This document shows, one piece after another, positions 1-6,733 of a DNA stretch of 40,862 bases (position 1 is the stretch's first letter; each line of letters opens with the position of its first letter). Origin of the DNA: a virus; the IMG/VR virus record IMGVR_UViG_3300029779_000011. One strand, given 5' to 3'. The position numbers were made by a program, and so were the translations under genes. A model generated the notes under the pieces. It worked only from the letters and a program-made list of their open reading frames with translations. It had not been told where the DNA came from and made no database searches.

Positions 1-123
1 TCTTTGCTTGCGTCTCAGATGTAGGCGAGACACGGGAGAAGTGGAACCAATGCCCGCTGCCGAACTGAGTCACTTGATTGGCCACGAGTTACCGCAGTTC
101 TGGCAAAGGCAGATCTTCTGGTT
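1..123. repeat. terminal direct repeat copy 1 (identical to 40740..40862)
   Basis: Read directly: bases 1-123 equal 40740-40862 base for base. Confidence 0.97.
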
Positions 124-318
124 CTTCACGATCTCTTTTGCGGTGCCTGTGCTTTTCTTCCAGACAAGGTTTGAAAGGCCAAGCGTACACATAGCGGTTA
201 TGCCACGAGCAGCGTTGTTCATGTGACCGCCAAACCCGACGCCGGATTTTTTGGTTTTGCTGGATACCTGTTGCATGGAAATTGTTACATTTTCGCTTCC
301 ACAGTTAGGGCATGTCAT
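70..318 (-). CDS. small zinc-ribbon protein, 82 aa
   Basis: ORF track. CPNC near the N-terminus and CQNC near the C-terminus give a 4-Cys zinc-ribbon signature. Converges on the 40625..40807 gene across the junction. Confidence 0.55.
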   Translation of the reverse strand: MTCPNCGSENVTISMQQVSSKTKKSGVGFGGHMNNAARGITAMCTLGLSNLVWKKSTGTAKEIVKNQKICLCQNCGNSWPIK

Positions 319-367
319 AAATATAATCCTCTCTTTTGGTAAGATACAACAATTTTACCACCAGAGT

Positions 368-395
368 TTTACAGTCTCAAGGTTAAAAATATACA
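368..395 (+). promoter_or_regulatory. candidate sigma-A promoter TTTACA-16-TATACA
   Basis: Hexamers read in the AT-rich divergent intergenic region upstream of the 441 ORF. Confidence 0.3.
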
Positions 396-440
396 AAAAG
401 AAATGATGAAATTTGGAAGATTGAAGAAGGAGGGCGCAAA

Positions 441-602
441 ATGATTTGCATTCAGGATGATATGTGCTATAATAAGGGTGAAGAAATTGCGCCCGCCGAT
501 AGTGGCTTTCAGTATTTAATGGAACTTACGACAGAGGAAAAACGAGAACTAATTAGAATGTGGAAGGAGCGAAACAATGTTTCTAAGCAGGGAAAAGTAT
601 GA
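441..602 (+). CDS. hypothetical protein, 53 aa (below ORF-track cutoff)
   Basis: Hand translation gives MICIQDDMCYNKGEEIAPADSGFQYLMELTTEEKRELIRMWKERNNVSKQGKV. GAAGGAGGG lies 7 nt upstream of the ATG. Confidence 0.45.
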   Translation: MICIQDDMCYNKGEEIAPADSGFQYLMELTTEEKRELIRMWKERNNVSKQGKV

Positions 603-822
603 TGATATTATGTTACAGTTGTGCAGGATCAGAACCGAAATTGCTACGAAAGACGAGTGCGGAGAAGCTTGCCGAATGTGCGAACACGCGATCGGCGCAG
701 CCAGCCCCGGCGGCGACATCGTGCTTGTCTGCGAAAAAAAGCTTAAAGCAGTTTGCAGCGACTTTAGTCCTCGAATCCTGACAGACATTTGTTCAGGAAA
801 TTCCAGAAATGTTCAGACGTAA
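577..822 (+). CDS. hypothetical Cys-rich protein, 81 aa
   Basis: ORF track. GGAAGGAG lies 7 nt upstream. The 3' end overlaps the convergent 764..1153 gene by 59 nt, which lowers confidence. Confidence 0.4.
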   Translation: MFLSREKYDDIMLQLCRIRTEIATKDECGEACRMCEHAIGAASPGGDIVLVCEKKLKAVCSDFSPRILTDICSGNSRNVQT

Positions 823-1153
823 GCAGCCCGAGCAGGAATGAGATTATTGCAATCACTAGGTCGTGGATTCGATTAGCCTTTGTGGACTTCTTACGCTGAT
901 CAATATACGCCAAGTAGTCCTTCCCACGTTCTTCTATTCCAATTGCGCAGGACGTGCCAAACGATAACACAGGGACACCATCTTTGCTGGGGATTGGGTG
1001 CAGATTCGCAAGTCCAAAATGTTTCAGCCTATTTGCGGTCTGGAAAATATCATCCGTCGCAAATATTCTGCTATCTGCCAACGCTTTAAGCATTTTTCTT
1101 TCGTCTTTGCTCAACTCGATTTCCGAAAACGGAAGGTTGCTTGCATCATCCAT
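764..1153 (-). CDS. hypothetical protein with C-terminal TM helix, co-transcribed with the repressor
   Basis: ORF track. The start overlaps the repressor stop (ATGGATGA coupling). The C-terminal hydrophobic stretch is LVIAIISFLLGLL. Confidence 0.7.
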   Translation of the reverse strand: MDDASNLPFSEIELSKDERKMLKALADSRIFATDDIFQTANRLKHFGLANLHPIPSKDGVPVLSFGTSCAIGIEERGKDYLAYIDQRKKSTKANRIHDLVIAIISFLLGLLTSEHFWNFLNKCLSGFED

Positions 1154-1508
1154 TCTGCTTTCTCCGGTTCTTTAGCATACGTGCCATTTCGAGCAAATCA
1201 CGGCGCTCACTCTTATCCGCAGAACTCCAAATTTCACGGAGTTCTGCGGTTTCGCTATCTTCAACCTCGTCCTTCGGGATGGGGTCTTTTTTTATGCCCG
1301 CAGACGGGTCATCGGTTTCGCCCATCAGCTCCTTGACGGAAACACCGAACAGGTCAGTAAGTTTGACCTGCGTCGTTGCAGATGGCATCTTACCTTTTTT
1401 CCACCCATTCGCGGCAGCATTAGAAAGCCCTATTTTTTTCGCGGCACCGGATTCACTCAAGTTGTGTAACGCGCAAAGTTTGACATAGTTTTCGTAAAAA
1501 GCACTCAT
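1146..1508 (-). CDS. XRE-family HTH repressor (CI-like)
   Basis: N-terminal HTH pattern (SESGAAKKIGLSNAAANGWKKGKMP) with an acidic linker. Divergent from the early genes. Confidence 0.85.
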   Translation of the reverse strand: MSAFYENYVKLCALHNLSESGAAKKIGLSNAAANGWKKGKMPSATTQVKLTDLFGVSVKELMGETDDPSAGIKKDPIPKDEVEDSETAELREIWSSADKSERRDLLEMARMLKNRRKQNG

Positions 1509-1546
1509 TTTCAGTCTACCATTTTGTGCAAAACGCAGAAAGCTTA

Positions 1547-1557
1547 AAAAGTTAACA
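1547..1557 (+). promoter_or_regulatory. operator-like motif AAAAGTTAACA, copy 1
   Basis: An 11-mer containing the GTTAAC palindrome, 8 nt upstream of the -35 of the 1565 promoter. It recurs at 1608 and, inverted, at 1694. Confidence 0.45.
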
Positions 1558-1564
1558 CATCCTA

Positions 1565-1593
1565 TTGACTTCTAACTTTTCTAGCTGTATACT
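1565..1593 (+). promoter_or_regulatory. rightward promoter TTGACT-17-TATACT
   Basis: Near-consensus hexamers with 17-nt spacing, read directly. Confidence 0.65.
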
Positions 1594-1607
1594 GTGTTTA
1601 CGGTTGA

Positions 1608-1618
1608 AAAAGTTAACA
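1608..1618 (+). promoter_or_regulatory. operator-like motif AAAAGTTAACA, copy 2
   Basis: Exact second copy, just downstream of the predicted start of the 1565 promoter. Confidence 0.45.
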
Positions 1619-1679
1619 AAAAACCTGACCCCAGCAAAATAGCTCGTGTCAAAAAGTCTGTTATGTCTTTCGCACTTTC

Positions 1680-1708
1680 ATAATAGCACACATTGTTAAC
1701 TTTTGCAA
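1680..1708 (-). promoter_or_regulatory. leftward promoter TTGCAA-17-TATTAT
   Basis: Hexamers on the minus strand facing the repressor gene. Operator copy 3 lies in its spacer. Confidence 0.5.
1694..1704 (-). promoter_or_regulatory. operator-like motif, copy 3 (inverted)
   Basis: Plus-strand TGTTAACTTTT is the reverse complement of AAAAGTTAACA. Confidence 0.45.
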
Positions 1709-1719
1709 CCTGCAAAACC

Positions 1720-2070
1720 AAAAAAGTTGGCTGCGGCGTAAAGAAAAGCCGCCCGTGGTTCGTTCACGAGCGGTTTTCCCCAGAGTTGTTTACCAGAACG
1801 CGCTGCATCGCTAGACCCCGGCAGCACACTTGGGAATGGCTTACTTGCCTGCCGATGGCATACACCCTTTTTACGCGGTCGGTTTCGCTTGTATGCCTGC
1901 CTGATACTGGCGAACGCAAAACGAACTTACGCTTCTATGACGCGCCGCTCACTTTGGCAGTTCTGACGCTGCCCCTTGCCCTAACGCATTACGCCGTTTC
2001 TTTGGTCTGGAACTGGCAAGTTCAAAAGTTTGGTCATGTAAACCACCTCCCGAATTTACCTAAAAGGGCT
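1720..2070 (-). ncRNA. candidate structured RNA transcribed from the 2077..2106 promoter (boundaries approximate)
   Basis: GC-rich segment without a convincing ORF. Several 5-8 bp hairpins are listed in the findings. A strong promoter lies at one end, and a weak hairpin plus T6 near 1725-1757 at the other. Confidence 0.3.
1981..2037 (-). CDS. 18-codon ORF MTKLLNLPVPDQRNGVMR
   Basis: GGGAGGTGG sits 5 nt upstream of the ATG and about 35 nt downstream of the TTGACT-18-TATACT promoter. Too short to judge whether it is a leader peptide or a remnant. Confidence 0.3.
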   Translation of the reverse strand: MTKLLNLPVPDQRNGVMR

Positions 2071-2084
2071 AATGGCAGTATAGC
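2055..2084 (+). promoter_or_regulatory. weak rightward promoter TTTACC-18-TATAGC
   Basis: Overlaps back-to-back with the leftward -10. It would give a short leader for the Cro-like gene. Confidence 0.3.
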
Positions 2085-2106
2085 ACGTCTGGGGCGTTGC
2101 AGTCAA
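2077..2106 (-). promoter_or_regulatory. leftward promoter TTGACT-18-TATACT
   Basis: Minus strand reads tttgTTGACTgcaacgccccagacgtgcTATACTgcc. The hexamers are the same as in the 1565 promoter. Confidence 0.6.
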
Positions 2107-2135
2107 CAAATTAAACAGACAAGGAGGAGACGATA

Positions 2136-2333
2136 TTGCCGGAAAAATGGACAGGTGACCTGATCGGGAAGATGCACAACAGCAAGGTCACATACGACGA
2201 AGTGGCAGCTGAGTTTGGCTGCACAAAGACATATGTTTCGATGATTCTGAACGGCAGACGGAAGCCGCCGAATGCAAGAAAGCGGATGGAAGAAGCTGTT
2301 GCGGCAGTCATCCGCCGGAAAAAGGAGGGGTAA
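2136..2333 (+). CDS. Cro-like HTH regulator, 65 aa
   Basis: TTG start behind AAGGAGGAG. HTH_3-type pattern VAAEFGCTKTYVSMILNGRRKP. Confidence 0.7.
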   Translation: MPEKWTGDLIGKMHNSKVTYDEVAAEFGCTKTYVSMILNGRRKPPNARKRMEEAVAAVIRRKKEG

Positions 2334-2335
2334 AG

Positions 2336-2560
2336 ATGGAAGCACAGAATCTAGCGGAGCTGCAATCTTCGAAATCGAACATGATCAACGCGGACGTTGC
2401 GGCAAAGATTCTCGGTTGCAGCCCCCAGCGTCTGCGGATGATGGCGCGGGAGAGGCCGGAGCGGCTTGGCTTCCCGGTATGCTGCCCGACCCCGAGTCGG
2501 GTAAAAATCCCGAGAATCCCGTTTATGCGATTCCTCGGATTGGAGGTACATGATGACTGA
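2336..2560 (+). CDS. HTH DNA-binding protein (excisionase/AlpA-like)
   Basis: INADVAAKILGCSPQRLRMMARE resembles the HTH_17 excisionase family. Early-operon position. Confidence 0.55.
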   Translation: MEAQNLAELQSSKSNMINADVAAKILGCSPQRLRMMARERPERLGFPVCCPTPSRVKIPRIPFMRFLGLEVHDD

Positions 2561-2816
2561 CGTTGAATATATCCTTGAGGCGAATCACCGGCGCGCAAGA
2601 GAGCGCGAACTCGGCGAGCGGTGGGACAAGATTATCCGGCAGCGGAAAAGGAAGTCGGAGCTTTTGAAGGCTTCGGAGGCGTTCTGCTTCTCGATTGGCT
2701 GCGTTCTTCTGGGCGGCACGGCGGTTCTTTTGGGCTTCGGGCTGTTCGAGGCGGCGTTCACGCTTGGCGGCGCGGCGGTGATCTTCTTCGGCGGCGCGGT
2801 GCTGATGGAGGCGTGA
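2550..2816 (+). CDS. membrane protein, 88 aa
   Basis: Charged N-terminus followed by two Gly/Ala/Leu-rich hydrophobic helices. Overlapping start and stop. Confidence 0.6.
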   Translation: MMTDVEYILEANHRRARERELGERWDKIIRQRKRKSELLKASEAFCFSIGCVLLGGTAVLLGFGLFEAAFTLGGAAVIFFGGAVLMEA

Positions 2817-2817
2817 G

Positions 2818-3018
2818 ATGATTTACCCGTGCGAGAAATGCACACACGACACAGGCAAGTGCCGCTGCCTTGACTGGCAGAGATGGTTTTCCGTGGAGTT
2901 TGAGGCAGAAGCGGCGAAGGTGCTTGCTGCGACGCACGCAGAGCCGTTACCGGCGCCGCCGAAGATATTCTATCGCGAGATTGTTTTCAGTTCGATCTTC
3001 ACGCGGCTTTGGAGGTAG
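2818..3018 (+). CDS. hypothetical protein, 66 aa
   Basis: ORF track. N-terminal CEKC...CRC cysteine cluster. Tightly packed in the operon. Confidence 0.5.
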   Translation: MIYPCEKCTHDTGKCRCLDWQRWFSVEFEAEAAKVLAATHAEPLPAPPKIFYREIVFSSIFTRLWR

Positions 3019-3020
3019 AT

Positions 3021-3194
3021 ATGAAGCAGGCTGAACGTGTTTTGAAGTACATGCGCGACTTCGGCTGCATGCGGCTTGGAGCGCGTGTCTACGATCTGAA
3101 GCGCAAAGGGTACAACATCCGGCGCGACATGGAAACGAGCAAGAAACGGTATGGCGAGGATACGAGCTATGCCAGATACAGGTTGGTGGAATGA
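3021..3194 (+). CDS. winged-helix type DNA-binding protein
   Basis: ATG behind GGAGG. FGCMRLGARVYDLKRKGYNI matches the RLxARIxDLRxxGxxI motif of small phage HTH proteins. Confidence 0.6.
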   Translation: MKQAERVLKYMRDFGCMRLGARVYDLKRKGYNIRRDMETSKKRYGEDTSYARYRLVE

Positions 3195-3415
3195 TGGAAG
3201 ATAAACAGCAAGCGCCGTTTATCACGGATATCAACGGCGCAGAGATCTACGATGGGAACGAGTACTTTGTTTCCGACGAAGGAAACATTGCTGCCGCGGC
3301 GCCGGGTGAGAACTGGACCGTACAGAATGCGTTGATCGCGCATCTGGTGGAAACGTATGGCACGAATTGCATTGCCGAAAAGTGCGGCTTGGACAAGCGA
3401 GTCTGCAAGATTTAA
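3191..3415 (+). CDS. hypothetical protein, 74 aa
   Basis: ORF track. ATGA start/stop coupling. Confidence 0.55.
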   Translation: MMEDKQQAPFITDINGAEIYDGNEYFVSDEGNIAAAAPGENWTVQNALIAHLVETYGTNCIAEKCGLDKRVCKI

Positions 3416-3425
3416 GGAGGAAAGT

Positions 3426-4070
3426 ATGCTGAAAGGATTTAACGAGCTTGTACAGATCGACGTTTTGCCGTTCTGTGACAAGCGGAAGGCGAAGGATGAC
3501 AGCGGAAAGCCGATTGAAGTTCCGTATCTTCCGTGGGCGAAATGTAAAATGCTGCTCCACGAAAACGGGGCGAGCGAGGTCTACTTTGTGCCGCTGAAAA
3601 ATGAGACTGGCGGGTACTTATTCCAGTCAAAGGAAGTCCATGACAAGAATGGCAGAACGACGGGGTGCTATTTCGTTTCCGTCGAAATCCACATCGACGA
3701 TAAAACATTCCGCATGGATATGCCGCTGATGAACGGTTCCTTAGTGGTTTACGATGACACGTTGAATCAGCTTCGGATTTCCAACGCTCATGCGAGAGCG
3801 TTTGTGAAGGGCGTGGCAATTCACACAGGGCTTGGCTTCAAGCTTTGGCTGAACGACAAGGACACGGAGCGCGCAGACGATGACCTTTCCCAGCACAGCA
3901 TTATGGCGATCAAGCAGAGAATCGAACAGCTGATTACATTAAAACTGCAAAACGGGGCGGATATGAGCTATATCCTCTCGGGGCTTGGGCTGAATCAGAA
4001 GAAATTCGATCAGCTGATGGCGTCGTTCGGCAACATTCAGTATCTGGAAAACACGCTGAAACGCCTATGA
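3426..4070 (+). CDS. single-strand annealing protein, Sak/Rad52-like (DUF1071-type)
   Basis: ATG behind AAGGAGG. VPYLPWAKCKMLL and the following beta-rich core resemble the Sak family. Located next to an exonuclease. Confidence 0.65.
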   Translation: MLKGFNELVQIDVLPFCDKRKAKDDSGKPIEVPYLPWAKCKMLLHENGASEVYFVPLKNETGGYLFQSKEVHDKNGRTTGCYFVSVEIHIDDKTFRMDMPLMNGSLVVYDDTLNQLRISNAHARAFVKGVAIHTGLGFKLWLNDKDTERADDDLSQHSIMAIKQRIEQLITLKLQNGADMSYILSGLGLNQKKFDQLMASFGNIQYLENTLKRL

Positions 4071-4627
4071 TACACGACCACGACAGAAGCGGGTGGTTCG
4101 GCGCGTCGGACACGGCGGCGATCATGGGCAGATGGGATACAAAGACATTCCGCAGCTTTTGGCTGCAAAAGCTCGGCGTGAACCGCGACTACTTTTCAAC
4201 ACTGGAAATGGATACCGGAAGTGCTTACGAACACAGGATTCTGGAGCATATCGGCATCCGAAAGATGGACAGGCAGATCAAGATTCGGCGGCTTCGGCTT
4301 CGGGTGAATCTGGATGGCGAGGACGCACAGGAAATATCGGAAGTAAAGACGCACAAGGGAGAATCCTTCAAGGTGTCTCGTGCGTACTGGATGCAGGCGC
4401 AAGTTGAAATGTTCGCTGCGAAAAAGGCGCTGCGTATCGTGGCGTACCATCTGGAACCGGAAGACTACAGAAACTGGTTTCGGGAGATTGAGGACGATAG
4501 GTTGTCCTATCATCCGATACCGTATGATCGGGAATGGATAGAAGGGGAGTATCTGCCACGGCTTCGGTATCTTGCGAAGTGTCTTAGAAAGGGGGTCATT
4601 CCGGTTGATAGAGCTGAACATCGTTGA
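4067..4627 (+). CDS. YqaJ-like recombination exonuclease (PD-(D/E)xK)
   Basis: N-terminal GASDTAAIMG motif and an NLDGED..EISEVKT D-E-K signature. Confidence 0.75.
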   Translation: MIHDHDRSGWFGASDTAAIMGRWDTKTFRSFWLQKLGVNRDYFSTLEMDTGSAYEHRILEHIGIRKMDRQIKIRRLRLRVNLDGEDAQEISEVKTHKGESFKVSRAYWMQAQVEMFAAKKALRIVAYHLEPEDYRNWFREIEDDRLSYHPIPYDREWIEGEYLPRLRYLAKCLRKGVIPVDRAEHR

Positions 4628-5174
4628 AGCTTCGTGGAGCATGGACGCTTCGGGGAGCTGGCTGAAGCTCCGACCGGAGCTGCCCGGACAAGCCCGTATG
4701 GTTGCCGGGGAACTTGACCCACGGAAGAAACACATAGTCACGATCAAGGAATTTCGCAAGAAGCGGAGCTTGGATGCAAACCGATATCTCTGGACACTCT
4801 GCAACAAGCTTTCCGTCAAGGTTGGGATTCCGCCGGAAGAGGTCTACCGGCACTATATCCCGGACGTTGGCGACAACTCTGATACGATCTGTATTCCGGA
4901 CGCAGCGATCAAGCGGTTTCGGGAAGACTGGGAATCGCACGGACTCGGGCGCTGCACGGAGATCATGGCGTCAAAAATTCCGGGCTGCACGAATGTCATT
5001 TGCTACTACGGCTCGAGCACCTACGACACAAAGCAGATGGCGAGGCTTATCGATCTGGTCGTTGAGGATTGCAAACAGCAGGGCATTGAGACGCTCCCGC
5101 CGGAAGAGCTCGAGCGTATGGCGCTGGAATGGAGGCAGGATGAGAAAGGAAACGAAGGCGACAAAGATACCTGA
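4605..5174 (+). CDS. ninB: NinB/Orf-family recombination mediator (start uncertain: 4572, 4605 or 4641)
   Basis: VTIKEFRKKRSLDANRYLW, SSTYDTKQMARLIDLV and LALEW align by eye with lambda NinB. Confidence 0.75.
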   Translation: MIELNIVEASWSMDASGSWLKLRPELPGQARMVAGELDPRKKHIVTIKEFRKKRSLDANRYLWTLCNKLSVKVGIPPEEVYRHYIPDVGDNSDTICIPDAAIKRFREDWESHGLGRCTEIMASKIPGCTNVICYYGSSTYDTKQMARLIDLVVEDCKQQGIETLPPEELERMALEWRQDEKGNEGDKDT

Positions 5175-5439
5175 GAAGGTTAAGGAAGCTGTCTGGGCGC
5201 GCGACGGCGGGCGCTGTGTTGTTTGTTTACGAACCGGCAATCCGTGGTGCCACTTCATCCCACGCTCGCAGGGCGGGCTTGGAATCGAGCAGAACATCGT
5301 GACGCTTTGCGATAGCTGCCATATGGCATTCGACCAATCACCGAAGCGCAAAAGCCTGAGAGAGTATATCAGGCGGTATCTCAAGATGAAATATCCCGAT
5401 TGGGATGAAACGAAACTGATTTATAAGAAAGGGATGTAA
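5140..5439 (+). CDS. HNH endonuclease, 99 aa
   Basis: ATG behind GGAGG inside the longer track ORF. CVVC...HFIPRSQGG...N..TLCDSCH is an HNH motif. Confidence 0.8.
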   Translation: MRKETKATKIPEKVKEAVWARDGGRCVVCLRTGNPWCHFIPRSQGGLGIEQNIVTLCDSCHMAFDQSPKRKSLREYIRRYLKMKYPDWDETKLIYKKGM

Positions 5440-5441
5440 GC

Positions 5442-5609
5442 ATGGAAGAACACAAATCGTTTGTTTATCTGGATGCAGCTCAGTACAAGGAAATGGTGGA
5501 AAAAAGTATGCAGCTTTCGATGCTTGAGAGAGCGTACAAGGAACTGAAATCGTATGAGATTGAGTTTATCCTGAAAACCATCTTCGGGGAGAAGGAGGAA
5601 GCATGCTGA
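5442..5609 (+). CDS. hypothetical protein, 55 aa (below ORF-track cutoff)
   Basis: Hand translation gives MEEHKSFVYLDAAQYKEMVEK...GEKEEAC. The stop overlaps the ssb start (ATGCTGA). Confidence 0.5.
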   Translation: MEEHKSFVYLDAAQYKEMVEKSMQLSMLERAYKELKSYEIEFILKTIFGEKEEAC

Positions 5610-6004
5610 ACCACATTGTTATTATGGGCAGGCTCACGCGTGACCCGGAACTGAGAAAGACGCCGAACGGAACTTCGGTCGCATCTTTCACGCTGGCGGT
5701 CGATCGTGATTTTACGCCGGAAGGCGGAGAGAAAGAGACAGATTTCATTGACTGCGTCGCATGGAAGGGAACAGCTTATTTTGTCAGCGGATACTTCTTC
5801 AAGGGCAGCATGGCTGTCGTAGACGGTAGATTGCAGCTGCGCGACTGGAAGGACAAGGACGGAAACAAGCGCCGGTCTGCTGAGATCGTGGCGAATCGTG
5901 TTTACTTCGGCGAAGGAAAGAAATCTTCGGAGCCGAAGGACCCGGCAAACCCCGGCGGGTTTACGATGATGGACGAAGATGACGGCGATCAGCCGCCGTT
6001 CTAA
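5603..6004 (+). CDS. ssb: single-stranded DNA-binding protein
   Basis: OB-fold N-terminus MLNHIVIMGRLTRDPELR and an acidic tail DEDDGDQPPF. Confidence 0.95.
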   Translation: MLNHIVIMGRLTRDPELRKTPNGTSVASFTLAVDRDFTPEGGEKETDFIDCVAWKGTAYFVSGYFFKGSMAVVDGRLQLRDWKDKDGNKRRSAEIVANRVYFGEGKKSSEPKDPANPGGFTMMDEDDGDQPPF

Positions 6005-6016
6005 GGCGGTGGCGGG

Positions 6017-6733
6017 ATGGCAAACAACAAAGACCCTGCCGTCTTGTTTTACACGTCGGATTTCCTATCCGGCTGTGCCTTGATGGATATGCGGGAGCGT
6101 GGGCAGTATATCACGCTCCTGTGCCTCCAAAGAGAGCGCGGGCATATGACAATGCAGGAAATCATACGGGCTGTCAAAAAGCCGTCAGACGAGGTTATGA
6201 GCAAGTTTCAGAAGGATGAGGACGGCAAGTACTTCAATCGCCGGATGGAGCTTGAAATCGAAAAACGGGACAAGCATTGCCAGCGTCAAAGGGAGAACAT
6301 CAGCAAGCGTTGGAACAAAGAAAATGATAACTATGGTATGGCTGATGGTAGTGCTTGCGGTAATACCACGGTATTACCTTTAGGAAATGGAAATGGAAAT
6401 AGAAAAGAGAGTAGTTCTATTTCTGAGAAGAAACGTAAGAAATTTATACCACCTACGTTGGAAGATGTTTCCGCATACGCGAAGGAGCGTGGAGCCCCGA
6501 ATCTGGCACAGAAATTTTTCGACTATTATTCTGCCGGAAATTGGGTCGACGGGAAGGGCGACCCCGTACGGAACTGGAAGCAGAAGTTTTTGACGTGGGA
6601 ATCGAAAGAACGTGAGAAGGGCACGCCGTCACAGCCGGGGAAAAAGCCGGGGTACAACGTGCAGCATCACGACGGCGATCTGAGCGACTTACAGAAAGCG
6701 GCGATTCAGCGGATGTTGGGGGAGGAAGCATGA
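6017..6733 (+). CDS. DUF1376 (YdaU)-type replication organiser
   Basis: N-terminal FYTSDFLSG..M..RERGQYITLL pattern. C-terminal PTLEDVSAYAKERG...NWKQKFLTWE is typical of phage replisome organisers. Confidence 0.7.
   Translation: MANNKDPAVLFYTSDFLSGCALMDMRERGQYITLLCLQRERGHMTMQEIIRAVKKPSDEVMSKFQKDEDGKYFNRRMELEIEKRDKHCQRQRENISKRWNKENDNYGMADGSACGNTTVLPLGNGNGNRKESSSISEKKRKKFIPPTLEDVSAYAKERGAPNLAQKFFDYYSAGNWVDGKGDPVRNWKQKFLTWESKEREKGTPSQPGKKPGYNVQHHDGDLSDLQKAAIQRMLGEEA

Noticed and set aside
8-226. 72-aa + ORF at the window start, and 549..788 on the - strand
   Set aside because: They overlap better-supported genes on the opposite strand or in another frame. They have no RBS and implausible composition.
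1696-2037. 113-codon minus-strand frame with only two in-frame stops, considered as a pseudogene
   Set aside because: The conceptual translation is very basic, low in complexity and matches nothing I recognise. Two stops in 113 codons of GC-rich DNA is not statistically remarkable. It is kept only as an alternative within the RNA finding.
1693-2163. 156-aa + strand ORF filling the switch region
   Set aside because: It has no RBS and a TTG start in an AT tract. Its Arg/Cys/Trp/Thr-rich composition is unlike a real protein. It runs through the SD and start of the Cro-like gene and across a strong antisense promoter.
4774-5139. N-terminal 122 residues of the 221-aa track ORF 4774..5439
   Set aside because: This part is an out-of-frame overlap with ninB. 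Only the segment from the internal ATG at 5140 (behind GGAGG) looks like a real HNH protein.
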